Assembly (NCBI GenBank): GCA_030390025.1
Contig: CM059425.1
Coordinates: 30,320,001 to 30,384,000, forward strand
Direction: 5' to 3'
Origin: Squalus acanthias
Lineage: Eukaryota
DNA: 64,000 nucleotides
Below, piece by piece: positions 1 through 12,900 of the stretch. Numbering within the stretch: position 1 is the first letter of the stretch; each line of letters starts with the position of its first letter. Below the pieces are notes generated by a model that saw only the letters and a list, made by a program, of their open reading frames with translations, was not told the origin of the DNA and did no database searches. Made by a program: the position numbers and the translations under genes.

Positions 1-4
1 AAAT

Positions 5-1684
5 TTGTTTATGGGATGTGGGCATCACTGGCAATGCCAGCATTTATTGCCCATCCCTAATTGCCCTTGAGAAGGTGGTGGTGAGCTGCAGTCCATGTGG
101 TGAAGGTACTCCCACAGTGCAGTTAGGGAGTGAGGTCCAGGATTTTGACCCAGCGACGATGAAGGATCGGCGATATACTTCTAAGTCAGGATGGTGTGTG
201 ACTTGGAGGGGAACTTGGAGGTGGTGGTGTTCCCATGCGCCTGCTGCCCTTGTCCTTCTAGGTGGAAGGACATGCAAGCCGTGATCCTGACCAACAGTTC
301 CACCACAGACCCAATTCACGTACGAACCGGGGTCAAGCAAGGCTGTGTCATCGCACCAACGCTCTTCTCGATCTTCCTTGCTGCAATGCTCCATCTCACC
401 CTCAGTAAGCTCCCCACTGGAGTGGAGCTAATTTACAGAACAAATGGGAAACTGTTCAACCTCCATCGCCTCCAGTCCAGATCCAAGGTCGTCCCATCCT
501 CTGTCGTCGAATTACAATATGCAAACGACGCTTGCGTCTGCGCACACTCAGAGGTCGAACTCCAAACCATCGTCAACACCTTCACCGAAGCGTACAAGAG
601 CATGGGCCTTACACTAAACATCCGTAAGACAAAGGTCCTCTACCAACCTGCCCCCACCACACAGTACTGCCCCCCCGATTATCAAAATCCACGACAAGGC
701 CTTGGACAACGTGGACCACTTTCCATACCTTGGGAACCTACTGTCAACAAGGGCAGAGGTCGACGACGAAGTCCAACACCACCTTCAGTGTGCCAGTGCA
801 GCCTTCGGTCACCTGAGGAAGAGAGTGTTTGAAGACCAGGACCTCAAACCCGGCACTAAGCTCATGGTCTACAGAGCAGCAGTGATACCCGCCCTGCTGT
901 ATGCCTCAGAGACATGGCCCATGTACAGCAGGCACCTCAAAGCACTGGAGAGGTACCACCAACGCTGCATCCGCAAGATCCTGCAAATCCATTGGCAGGA
1001 TAGGCGCACCAACGTCAGTGTTCTTGCTCAGGCCAACATCCCCAGCATCGAAGCTTTGACCACGCTCGATCAGCTCCGATGGACGGGTCACATCGTCCGC
1101 ATGCCCGATACGAGACTCCCAAAACAAGAGCTCTACTCGGAGCTCTGGCACGGCAAGAGAGCCCCAGGCGGGCAGAGGAAATGCTTCAAGGACACCCTCA
1201 AAGCCTCCTTGAAAAAGTGTAACATCCTCACCGACACCTGGGAATCCCTGGCCCAAGATCGCACAAATTGGAGGAGAAGCATCCGGGAAGGCGCCGAACA
1301 CCTCGAGTCTCTTCACCGGGAGCAAGCGGAAGCCAAGCGCAGGCAGCGCAAGGAGCGCACGTCAACCCAAGCACCCCACCCACCCGCCCCTTCAACCACC
1401 GTCTGCCCCACCTGTGACAGAGACTGTAGGTCTCGCATTGGACTCATCAGTCACCTGAGAACTCAATTTTAATGTGGAGCAAGTTATGCTCGGTTCCGAG
1501 GGACTGCCTAAGAAGAAGGAGAGGTGGAAGAGGTCGCGGGTTTGGGAGGTGCTGCCGAAGAAGCCTTGGCGAGTTGCTGCAGTGCATCTTGTCGATGGTA
1601 CACACTGCAGCCACGGTACACCGGTGGTGGAGGGAGTGAATGTTTAAGGTGGTGGATGGGGTGCCAATCAAGCGGGCTGCTTTG
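5..1684 (-). mobile_element. 3' fragment of a CR1-group (Zenon/Crack-like) LINE, interrupted by an RTE insertion at 269-1521
   Basis: Segments 13-268 and 1522-1684 are collinear with the RT-bearing copy at 47166-48070 (e.g. gtccttctaggtggaagaggtc(g/a)cgggtttgggagg). The clade is inferred from the RT sequence of that copy. Confidence 0.85.
269..1521 (+). mobile_element. 5'-truncated RTE (BovB-like) non-LTR retrotransposon: RT C-terminal half plus C2H2 zinc finger, one frameshift near 670
   Basis: ORFs 191-832 and 702-1472 contain GVKQGCVIAPTLF, LQYANDA, FPYLG, LLYASETW, QLRWTGHIVRM and CPTC...GLISHLR. The tail is (AAG)n. The 9-bp TSD AGGTGGAAG sits at 260-268 and 1522-1530. Confidence 0.95.
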
Positions 1685-2149
1685 ATAACATAAACGGAAC
1701 ATTCAATGTTTAGGGGTTAGGTGTGATATCCTACCTGTGATAAGGATTAACAGAACAATCTTACGCCATGTTCATTAACTAGCACTACCCCGCTCACATG
1801 TGGAATTAATTCCATATTTTTTATCTAAACAGCCAAGCACCCTCCATCTCCTTTCAAACATCAAGCATTTCATTGGAAATTTTGATCATATTTAGTTTTA
1901 TAGATGTGCATTTTAATGCATTGAACTTCTATTTCATAGTTAACCATACATTATTGATGACTGCAAATTCGATATGTACAGCATAACTACCAAAACATAA
2001 ATAAATTTTTTAATAATTTTTTTCGAAGTACCTGATGTCAAAGCGTGTGCTGGTAATACAATTTTTTTTGTTGCTGTGCTGTGTGTTCTCCTCATTCACT
2101 CATATAATTACCAGCATCATAAATTAGAATGTTCCTGTTCATTCTATAC

Positions 2150-2200
2150 AGGCACAATGGGCTGAATGGCCTCCTTCTGAGCTGTATCATTCTATGATTC
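2150..2200 (+). repeat. CR1 3'-terminal remnant
   Basis: gggctgaatggcctccttctgagctgtatcattctatgattc is a typical CR1 3' end with an ATTCTATG octamer. Confidence 0.6.
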
Positions 2201-2205
2201 GAGAT

Positions 2206-2677
2206 AAAGAAAAAAGACTTGCATTTATATAGCACCTTTCACAACCACCGGGCGTCTCAAAGCGCTTTACAGCCAATGAAGTACTTTTGAAGTGGAGTCA
2301 CTGTTATAATGTGGGAAACGCGGCAGCCAATATGCGCACAGCAAGGTCCCACAAACAGCAACGTGATAATGACCAGATAATCTGTTTTTTAGTGATGTTG
2401 ATCGAGGGATAAATATCGGCCAGGACACCAGGGAGAACCCCCCTGCTCTTCTTCGAAATAGTGCCATGGGATCTTTTATGTCCACCTGAGAGAGCAGACG
2501 GGGCCTCGGTTTAACGTCTCATCCGAAAGACGGCACCTCTGACAGTGCAGCACTCCCTCAGCACTGCACTGGAGCGTCAGCCTAGCTTTATGTGCTCAAA
2601 TCCCTGGAGTGGGACTTGAACCCACCACCTTCTGACTCAGAGGCGAGTGTGCTACCCACTGAGCCACAGCTGACACT
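2206..2677 (-). mobile_element. Full-length tRNA-derived Deu-SINE (SacSINE1/AmnSINE1-like)
   Basis: On the minus strand: A box TGGCTCAGTGGG, B box GGTTCAAGTCCC, Deu core (GATGAGACGTTAAACCGAGGCCCCGTCTGC...CAGGTGGAC...GATCCCATGGCACTATTTCGAAGAAGAGCAGGGG) and an L2-type tail CTATATAAATGCAAGTCTTT. A near-identical copy lies at 59910-60357. Confidence 0.9.
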
Positions 2678-3401
2678 GAGATATGCTGATATTTGCATAT
2701 TATGAGAAAAATATCAATACCTGGAAGAGTTCGTCAAAGCAGCAAACTGTGAGGTTTAAAAAATTGAGTTATTTTATTTCTTTATAACAAGATAATAACT
2801 GAATGTGTCTAAAATATGTGGTGACCTAGTTTTGACAGTTTCTGCAGGTATTGTCAACAGCTGCAGGAACAAGAATCAATGGAAGCACATCCATCATACT
2901 GGCTGAAACAGATATTCTAATATACACTACTGTCAGCTTTCTTTAAACTTCAGGTAGCTCAGAATGTGGTTATAATTTCCGTGCCCTCTGACCAGTAACT
3001 GTGCCGTCTCCCTCGATGCAGGCCATCATATTCTGTAATCATGGCCTGACAAGCAGCTCCTTCTCTTGTGCTAGCTGAGAAGCCACTCTGCTGCAGTAGA
3101 CTGTATACGTTAAACTACAAGTATAAACTGCCAGGTACACTCTCCTCACTGTACGTTACACTGGTAGATAGATATATTTCTTGATCTATAGCAGGTTTTA
3201 GCTTTGCAAATCCTACAGCTATTTATCAATTTTGTAGTTTCTTAGTAAAGGAATTAACTGTGGAATTTAGTCCACCCAAGGACTGAGTTTGTGAGCGTTC
3301 TAAATTGTCAGAATAAAAGATGTGATTTCAATTATTGAGGGCAGTGCAGAAAATAATGTGGCATTTGGTATGATGTATGAGAGCTAAGTGGAGCATCTAT
3401 G

Positions 3402-3530
3402 AAAGAAAGAAAGACTTGCATTTATATAGCGCCTTTCACGACCACCAGACGTCCCAATGCACTTCACAACCAAAGAAATACTTTTTGAAGTGTGGTCACT
3501 GTTGTAATGTAGGAAACGTGGCAGCCTAAT
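3402..3530 (-). mobile_element. 5'-truncated Deu-SINE (3' tail only)
   Basis: Matches 2206-2330. Confidence 0.8.
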
Positions 3531-4169
3531 GATTAAAGAAGTATTAAATAAGGCTAAGGTAGCAAACAAGTGAAGCTGTACTACAAGTGACAAAATAATG
3601 AGTTCACTGGTTTCTGAAGCTTTATTATCTAACTTCCCACAGAATTTGCATTGTATTTAAAATAGGCATTTATTATTCCGTGTTATTTCTTCTGTTCCGT
3701 TGAGGAAAATCCAACTTTGGACTGTCATTCACGACTTAATTACAAATATTTTGAACTTTTACAAGGCACTCTCTGAGTTGCAGCCACATCTTTATTGTTG
3801 ACATTTGTAATTATTCAATATCTATTGTCCTTCATTTAAATATACATATTTTGGTAAATCCTTTGTGCTCATATGAAGGTCATGCAAAGGTGAGGGATCT
3901 CAGTGCTGATGAGCAGAATACAATAATTCCCAGGTCAGGCATGGCATAGACAAATGCAGAGTAAAACATCCTTTATCCTGTCCCAACTATGGGCCTGAGC
4001 TCCAAACCGGGAAGATCACCCTAGTGCAATATTTCCACTGCCTGCACCAGCCAAACGACCTCTCTGAGTGAGATTACCAACTTGTGTGTTGTGCACCACT
4101 CCCACTGGGAATTGGGTTGATGCTGCTCAACTTCAAAGCACTGCGGAGCAAGTGCTTATCCACAGGGGA

Positions 4170-4400
4170 CTCAGCACAGCTAGCAAGAATAGACGAGTGG
4201 CGATTGTCGGGGATTTTATAGTCAGGGTGGTAAATAGTTTATTCTGTAGATGTGATCCAGAGTCCCGAACAGTAAGTTGGTTCCCAGCTGCCACAGGTCG
4301 GAACAGCACGGAACAAATACAAAAAAGGTTCTGGGATGGGAGGGTGAGCAGCCAGTGGTCATGGTACATGTGGGAACCAATGACAAAGAGAGGAGTCGGT
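4170..4400 (+). pseudogene. Decayed CR1 ORF1 (SGNH esterase-like) fragment
   Basis: RVAIVGDFIVRVVNSLFCRCDPESRTV and a frameshifted VHVGTND resemble VVVVGDSIVRGIDTVLC...VHVGTND at 10650-10830. Confidence 0.7.
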
Positions 4401-5695
4401 CCGAAACAGGATGCATTCATAGTCATCTTATGCATCATTAAAACATTCCCAAGTGTAAAATACTTAATTACTAATACTTAATTTCTAAGTAATTCTCTTT
4501 TTGTAAAATAATGAGATAGAATTTCACCAAGCAAGTATTTTGTTAATGTATTCCACTGGGAGTTTTTTATTTTTGGCTGGTACATAAAATGTAATAATAA
4601 AAATCATTTTCTATAGAACATTAAAAATAATTGTCTGAACTTGCGACAAGGCTCATTAAGCTGCTGTACTGCTTGTATCCTATAATGTGTTTATTAGTCC
4701 TGAATGGGCTAGTAAATATTCCATATATATTTATAATCTCAGTTTAAAAACATTGGATTATATTTGCCTCAGTTCATTAATGTTAGTGAAAAAATTGCCA
4801 TGAGTAGAAGCAAATTCCCCCTTCAGACTCACACCGAATGGAGGAAACTACACCTTACTGATGAAAAGAGTCTTTTATTTAAAAATATTTTGTTCTAGAG
4901 AGTGTAGAAGCTTCCTTCTGAAATACATGTAATAAATTGTAAACCTTTCCAATTTTTCTTTCCACCTGATGGGAGCTAGCAAACTCGTGCAGCATGGTTT
5001 CTTTTTAATCCACTTCTGTCTGAATCACCGTATATTTGTGCTTATTATAAGGTGACAGTGATGAGGTGAAATGTTCTTTTGCTTTGGATCCACTATCAGT
5101 ACTGGGTATTCTTGGATTTGCTGTAACACCGCCGCAATTTAGGGCAGAAACACACATGCATTACTTTGGTAGTGAGCACAGTCCTTTAGCAGTAGTGTGG
5201 AACTATGTCCATCAGAATGGCAGAATTATTTTTTTTACAAGCCACTATGGCCAAAGAATTTTGATACCTCCTCCATTCCATGCTAGGATTTATGCAGAGG
5301 AAATGGTTAGGGTCAGGGTTCATGCTATTTAGAGCTTAATTTTCCCCTCCAACAGCTACAAAATGAGCAGTGAGAGCACAATTCTTTTGTATTTAACATT
5401 GTTAGTCGGACAGACCATTAGGGAAGTCCCCTCAACAAGAGGGCATCTCAGGTCTGGGTTTGCACAAACTGGGCAGTACTGGTGCTGTCCTAGCACAAGT
5501 ACAGTGCGTGTTGGCATATATTAGAGAGAACTATCTTTATTAAAGGAAAAGTGCTATTTATATAAATCTTAGTTTATTTGGGGGAGCAGAATAGGCAGAA
5601 AAGATATATCAGTTTTGTTGTGATGTCACGTACAGGTGACACAATCACAATGATGTGTTTTAATGCAATTGATATTGTCATGTTGTGTGGTTGCA

Positions 5696-7075
5696 AACAA
5701 CAACAAATTGCATTTACATGGTGTCTTTAGTGTAGAAAAACTTCCCATAATGCTTGACAGAAGGAAAGATAAAAACAAATGAATGCTCAAAGTTTGGTGA
5801 CTTGAAAGCTGGGTCAAAAAGATGGGTTTCAAAGGCTTGAACAGAGAGAAGTGAGGTGGAGGGTTTAGGGAAGGAACTCCACAAAGTGGGGCAGAAGGCA
5901 ATTGAAGGCCGTGCCTTCAATGGTGGGGCAAAGGGATGAGGGAATGCACAGAAGGCTAAAACGGCAGAAAATTGAAGGGTGCAGGAGGGGACGTAAGGCT
6001 CGAGCAGGTTGCAAAGATATGGTTGGGTGAAGCCACGTTTGAAGATGAAAAGTTTAAATTCAATGATTTGGGTACAGGGAGCCAATGTAAATCAGCGAGG
6101 ATGGGGTGATTGGCCAGTAGCAGTTGGTGCAGGACAGGATACAGGCAGCTGAGTTTCGAATGTGTTGGAGATCACGGAGGCAGGAGAATGATAGGCAGGG
6201 AAGCAGAATTTTGGAGAAATCGAGTCTGAACATGACAAAAATATGGATAAGGGTTTCGGCAGTAGGGATAGAGACAAAAGATATTGTGAAAGTGGAAGTA
6301 AGCAGTCTTGGTGATGGAGAGAATATGGAGTTTGAGACTCAAATCTGGGTTGAACAGGATACCAAGGTTTCGCACAACCTGAGCAAGTGCAATCAGTAGC
6401 AGGGTACCATAGTTTAAGGTAGTGGCTGAAAATTATGCCTTCATTCTTCCTGATGTTCAATTAAAAGAGGTTTTCACTCACCCACGACTTCATGTCAGTC
6501 AGGTAGTATGCCAGCACATAGGTGGTCATTAGATTAAGGGAAGTGGTTAAGAGGTGAAGCTGGGTGTCATCAGCATACAGACACAGCCAGCACACCTCTT
6601 GTAATGGCTTCTCTTCCCACTCCCGAACAATGATCTCCATAGATCCCCAAGGATCTAGACTTGGCCCCCTCCTCTTCGTCATCTACATACTGCTCTTCAG
6701 TGCCTGTGCATGGCGTCCTGAAGTGAGCATATAGATGGGAAAGAGTAAGAGACTAAAGCTAGACCCTTGGGGAATACGGAGGTGACTATGAAGGGGCAGG
6801 AAGAGAAGCCATTGCTGGAGATGCACTAGCTGCATTCGGATAATTAGGAGCAGAATCATGCAGGAACCTGATAACAGAGGAGAGATTGATGGTGTAGTCG
6901 ACAGTTTTGAATGCCAAAGACAGGTTAAGTAGGACAAGGAGGAATAATACACTGTGGTCACAGTCACAAAGGACCTCATTTGTGACTTTGGCCAGAGTAG
7001 CCTCGATGCTGTGAGCAGGGTGTAAGCCAAGCTAAAGGGATTCGATAAGGGGAGGGGGAGGGTTTGGGAGAGATA
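5696..7075 (-). mobile_element. Old degenerate L2 LINE 3' part with an internal fold-back duplication
   Basis: The (TTG)n tail and remnants YADDTQL, RNLGILFNPDLS...ITKTAYFH and THLFDPAF are homologous to the L2 at 42680-44172. Confidence 0.8.
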
Positions 7076-7753
7076 TGTTGCTATGAACTGCCCCTTTAAA
7101 TATGCTTGTTTTAAAAAAAAATCAGAAAGCAGTTCCTGGGAACAGGAATCCAGCATCATTTCACTGCATGAGGTAGCTTTCAAAATTTGCCTTCAATGGA
7201 AGGAATTTAGACACCAGCCTATTATATAATGCCTGGCGGTGTTCACAGTGTGAAGAGGAAAAAGTAGCAGGTTCAATGTTTAAAATATGTCACTTTTATT
7301 TTCCAGAGCAGAGGCCAGCTTTCTGTATCGTGCTCAAGCTAGGACATTTCATTAGTGTCAATAATCAAAGATTTTTTTTGCCCGTTGTGCCTAAATTCAA
7401 CCCTGAAAGGAACCTTTACCGAACCACAGTGTTTTTTTCAATTTTGAACTGAATCTCGCTCTGGCTTCTCAGAGTGAAACTATTGGATTAGGGGCTGTTG
7501 TTCCAAAAGTCAGCTTTCAAAATCCTGTGCAATATCTATTCTGGGTATTTCAATGCCACTACTTTTTTAAGTCGTGCACAATGAAAATTGCTTCAAAAAG
7601 CTGGATTGTATTTTTTAACTGGAAGTTCAATTAGCATTTGCAAGATAAACTTTAGTTTTGCAGAACTGTGGGATATGTGATATTTATATTTAGAACTTAA
7701 AAAAGAATATCCAGAATTAACTATTTTTATATATATTCTTCTTTAAAGATTAT

Positions 7754-8623
7754 GGGGCAAAAATTCAGTTGGTTGCACCTCCCGTTAGCGCCTTAAGAGG
7801 GCGCTAATGGGGCACAAAGCATCTAGCGCCCGGGCGCGGCGAAGTTTGCGCCGCTCGCGAAATTAAATAGACATTTTGCGGCGGCGCTAAACACTACCGC
7901 CACGATCTCCTGCGCCGGCAGATCATGACGTCACTCGAGTGTGCAACGCCCCGGTATCGCCCCGGAGCGGATATTGAGTGGCGCCCCCTGCCTTACCGCC
8001 TGACGCTAGCAACGACAGGTTGAGGGGAGCGTTCTGCAGTCATGAAGGGAAAGGGGGAGCGCTATTTAAAGGTGACCGCTTCCTGCCTTTTATTGTTGGT
8101 GCCATTTTTGAACTACGCATTCTGAGAGAGAGAGGGAGAGACTTCTGGAGAGATTCAACGTTGTGTGAAGGAGTTCTGGGTACTGAGTAGCACTTTGCAG
8201 GTTCATTTTGATTTGCCATTCCTTGTATTGATTTAGCAGATGGGGGCTGCACTCTGAGCTCTTTGCCTGGTACTCTCAATTGTTCTTTCCAGCACATTTG
8301 ATGTGCAAGTCTCTCCAGGCCGAGATTCAAGGCTGCAATGAGTAGGATGTGGATGGAAAGCAAGATTAACCATCCCCTTTAAGAACTGGCCCGTGCCATT
8401 GTGTGTGTGTTCCATTGCTGACTGACATTACATGAGCTTCGCCAGCGCTCTGAGTTAGCGCCTCACTCCTTGGCCTTTGCGCCTTAAGACAGGTGTACAG
8501 CGCCTGATTTAGCGCTCCACTCACTTCCCGGGGCGTTAAAGTGAAGTTTCCAGTCAGTGGCGATAATTAGCGCCAGGCGCTAATTTTTGCGCCCGGACGA
8601 TATTTGCGCCCCAAACGGGGCGC
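7754..8623 (+). mobile_element. Non-autonomous PIF/Harbinger internal-deletion derivative; right TIR not visible
   Basis: 7754-8253 is collinear with the Harbinger left end at 63355-63867. 8255-8623 is collinear with the right-end sequence at 44217-44352 plus 45908-46146. Confidence 0.85.
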
Positions 8624-9419
8624 AAAAATATTGCACTTTCAGCAGAAAAAGTTTTATCAGCAAGTACCAAATGTAACTAATTTCTTAAACCTCTAAGATA
8701 AGGTGAGCCATCCAATTGGAAATTTCACTTTGTCTGACTTTAATTTTTTGAAACGTTAGTTTTGCACCACCTGTGTCTTGCATACATCAGTAAATACCAC
8801 CAATTCAAATAGGTGTCCCGAAGTGGCTAGTTATAAAAGCTTTTTAAAGAGCATTAGCTGTGAAATAGTGGAAAATAGGATTTTAAAGTAGCTTCCAGTA
8901 CTGCAGTAGGAGACTAACATTCAAAGGCATTAGTGCCTCAAACAATTAAATGCAAATAACATTTGGATGACTCATGGCCAGTTCCTTTTCCTCCTCAGTT
9001 ATTTGTTGCTCAGTAATACCTTGTGTCAACAACTTTAACTCTTCAAGGTCCACAATAGCAGTTCTCTGCCAAAATCCAAGATAAATTATCATTTTATTCA
9101 AAAATGAACTGGAAAATATTCCTGTACAATGGTTTTATTTTTTAGCTTTAGTTCCATCCCTTTATGTGGTGTCATATCACATATTACTCACGCCTCTCCG
9201 ACCAAGAGATCAATCAGATGGCATACTCGAATATCCGTTATTGCTGCACTACAGCCGTTTGCTGTCGGATGATTGAAAACAGTTTAGGTTGATTTGCTTC
9301 AATTATTCCCTCCTTACTAGGAAGTATTTGCCCACCAGGCTTGCTGAGGTAAGGATTTCACCAGATGGAGTCTCACGGTTGTGAACCCAGATCAGACAGT
9401 TCCTTTGTTCAACACAGAG

Positions 9420-9962
9420 CGGGATTAAAACGGAGTGTACTTAAACAGTTAGCGCCCCCCACGCTACTGGAAGCACCGGCACGTAGCGCCGCGGTACTGT
9501 AGGCCAACCTCCCCTTATTAAAGGGGAGAGGCCTTGCACAGCACCGGGGAGCGGGGTGCTGGCAAAAGAGCCCGGCACTCAAGAGGAGTGCCGGGCTGAC
9601 GGATCGCGGGAGGAGGGCAGAGGGGGCAGGTGCTGGCAGGCGGCCCACAAAAAAATGGCCGCCAGGCACCTCCCCTTTAAATATCGGCGCCCTGACCGCA
9701 AACACGCCCCCCTGACCCTGTCGGACATAGCGTCCAGCGGTACGTCAGGGGGCGGAACCCAAGTTTGCGGCCAGGGCACTGTGCATGGCGATGACGTCAT
9801 TGCCGGAGACGCAGCGCCGCGGGTCACTACTGGCTACCGCCGCCGCTAACCTCCTGCTGAATTTCACGGGAGGCATTAGCGGCACCGCGCCCGGGCGTTA
9901 GTTGCTTTGCGCCCCATTATGGGGTGCTAATGGGAGGCGCAAAGCAATTGAATTTTGCCCCC
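9420..9962 (-). mobile_element. Left end of a related Harbinger subfamily (truncated)
   Basis: Its reverse complement starts GGGGGCAAAATTCAATTGCTTTGCGCCTCCCATTAGC, similar to the termini at 7754 and 63355. CpG-rich. Confidence 0.7.
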
Positions 9963-12900
9963 AGAGTGTTTTATTTGGGAATTTGGAAAGAGGGAATTCA
10001 GAGAAGAGGGGGAAGGAGTTGCTGCTTTTTGTCTACACTACTTGTAGTGCTTTGTGTTACAGGTAGATATTTAATTTCAGTACCCTAAACTTAATCTAGA
10101 GCAAGTAAATAGTCAAGAAACTACACTGTAAACCTAAGTTACCTAATTCCAAATTTAATTAAATTTAATTAAATAAAACAAGGTCATATAGGGATGGCAG
10201 TGCAAGTGGTGTTCCGCAACTGTAGTATGTGGGAGTTTGCGGAGAGCATTTTGATCCCAGACAACCAAGTTTGCAGTAAGTGCCTGCATCTTGAGAAACT
10301 TCAGCTCAGAGATTTTGAGCTGGAGTCTGAGGTGCAGACATTGCGGGGCATCGGGGATGGGGAGAGTTACCTGGACACTTTGATCCAGGAGGCAGTCACA
10401 CCCCTTAGGTTAGGTAGTGGTACAGGTCTGGTTAGTGGTCAGGGACAGGAGGGTGTGACTGCAACTCAGGCAGGTAAGGGGACCCCAGGTGCAGTGCTGG
10501 AGGAGCCTCAGCCTTTTCCCTTGTCCAACAGGTATGAGGTTCTTGCTGCCTGTGTGGTTGAGGGAAAAGCCCGCAGGATGGATGAGCAAGCTGACCATGG
10601 CACCATGGTGCAGGAGGCCATTCAAGTGGGGGGAGTGAAAGGGAATGTAGTTGTGGTAGGGGACAGTATAGTCAGGGGGATAGATACTGTACTCTGCAGC
10701 CGCGGCCGAGAGTTCCGAAGGTTGTGTTGCCTGCCAGGGTTAAAGACATCTCCTCGCACCTGGAGGAGAACTTGGAATGGGAGGGGGAGGATCCAGTTGT
10801 CATGGTCCACGTAGGAACCAACGACATAGGTAGAACTAGGAATCAGGTTCTGCTGAGGGAGTTTGAGGAGCTAGGGTCCAAATTAAAAAGCACAACCTCA
10901 AAGGTAATAATCTCTGGATTGTTACCTGGGCCACACGCAAATTGGCAAAGGGACAAACAGGTTAGAGGTTTAAATGCGTGGCTCAAAGAGTGGTGTGGGA
11001 GTTCATGGGGCACTGGCACCAGTACTGGGGAAAGAGGGAGCTGTTCCGTTGGGATGGGCTCCAGTTAAACCGGGATGGGACCAGTGTCCTGCCGAACCGA
11101 ATAACTAGGGCAGTAGACAGGGCTTTAAACTAATGAAGGGGGAGTGGGAGGATTCGGGAAAGAGTAAATTTAAAAGAAGTGAGAGAAATGTCAAGGCTCT
11201 AGAGCAGAATAGAGGTTTGGGTAAAAATAATAGAGTGGGTCAGCAAGGGACAGAGAGACTAACAAAGGTAATAAGGCATCAGTGACTAATGTGACATCAA
11301 CGAAAAATAGAAATAAGTCAAAGCTAAAGGCACTATATCTGAATGCGCGAAGCATTCGCAACAAAATAGATGAATTAATAGCGCAGATAGAAATTAATAG
11401 GTTTGATCTAATAGCCATTATGGAGACGTGATTGCAATGTGGCCAAGGTTGGGAACTAAATACTCCAGGATACTTAACTTTTAGAAGAAATAGGCAAAAT
11501 GGAAAAGGAGGAGGGGTAGCCCTGATAATGGATGAGATAAAGACAGGGGGATGGGATACAGAGTGGAGCTATAGTAGGGGGTGATGCACAGCCAAATATA
11601 GAGGAAAAAACAAGTCAGCCTGGAAGGCAGGGCAAATATGTAACGGCACAAGGGAGTATGGCAAGGCTGGATGGCATTTATTTTAATGCAAGGAGTCTTG
11701 CGAGTAAGGCAGATGAATTGAAGGTGTTGATGAACACATGGAAATATGATATTGTTGCTATCACAGAGATATGGTTGAGGGAGGGGCAGGACTGGCAGCT
11801 CAATATTCCGGGGTATAGAATCTTCAGGCGAGACAGAGGGGGGTGAAAAAGAGGAGGGGGTGTCGCAATATTAATCAAGGAGTTAATTACTGCTGTTAGG
11901 AGGGATGATATCGTAGCAGGTTCCTCTAATGAAGCCATATGGGTAGAACTTAAAAACAAAAAGGGGGCAAGCACTTTGCTGGGAGTGTACTATAGGCCCC
12001 CAAACAGTCAAGGGGAGCTAGAGGAACAGATATGTCAGCAAATCTCAGAGAAGTGTAGAAATAATAGGGTAATAATAGTAGGGGATTTCAACTTCCCCAA
12101 TATTAACTGGGATAGTCAGAGTGTGAAAGGCTTAGAGGGTGCGAAATTCTTAAAGTGCATCCAGGAGAGCTTTTGGAGCCAGCATGTAGAAAGTCCTACA
12201 AGAGAGGGGGCGGTACTGTACCTAATTCTAGGGAATGTAGCCGGGCAAGTGGTGGAAGTGTCAGTAGGAGAGCATTTTGGTGACAGTGACCATAATTCGG
12301 CGAGATTTAAGGTAGTCATAGAAAAGGAAAAAGATGGACCGGAAATATAGGTTCTAAATTGGGGGAAGGCCGATTTTAATATGATAAGGCAGGATCTGGC
12401 CAAAGTAGACTGGGATCAGCTACTTGTAGGAAAATCCACATCAGAGCAGTGGGAGTCTTTCAGAAAGGAAATAGAGAGAGTACAACGCCAACATGTTCCC
12501 GTAAAGGTCAAGGGTGGGACCAACAAGCCCAGGGAACCCTGGATGTCAAGGGATATACAAGAATGGATTAGGGAAAAAAGGGAGGCTTTTGGCAGATACA
12601 AAGGACTAAAAACAGTTGAAGCCCCAGAGGAGTATAGAAAGTGCAGGGGGGTACTTAAAAAAGAAATTAGGAGAGCGAAGAGGGGGCATGAAAAAACACT
12701 GGCGGGCAAAATAATGGAAAATCCCAAGGTGTTTTATAAGTATATTAAGGGCAAGAGGATAACCAGGGAAAGAGTAGGGCCCATTAGGGACCAAAGTGGC
12801 AATCTGTGTGCAGAGCCGCAAGATGTAGGTGAGGTTTTAAATGAATATTTTGCATCTGTGTTCACTATGGAGAAGGACGATGTAGGCATAGAAATCAGGC

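Noticed and set aside
2600..2677. tRNA genes (also 51530-51600 and 60280-60357)
   Set aside because: These A/B boxes are SINE heads that run directly into SINE bodies.
7754..9962. CpG islands suggesting a host gene promoter
   Set aside because: The CpG-rich blocks coincide with Harbinger termini that recur elsewhere in the window.
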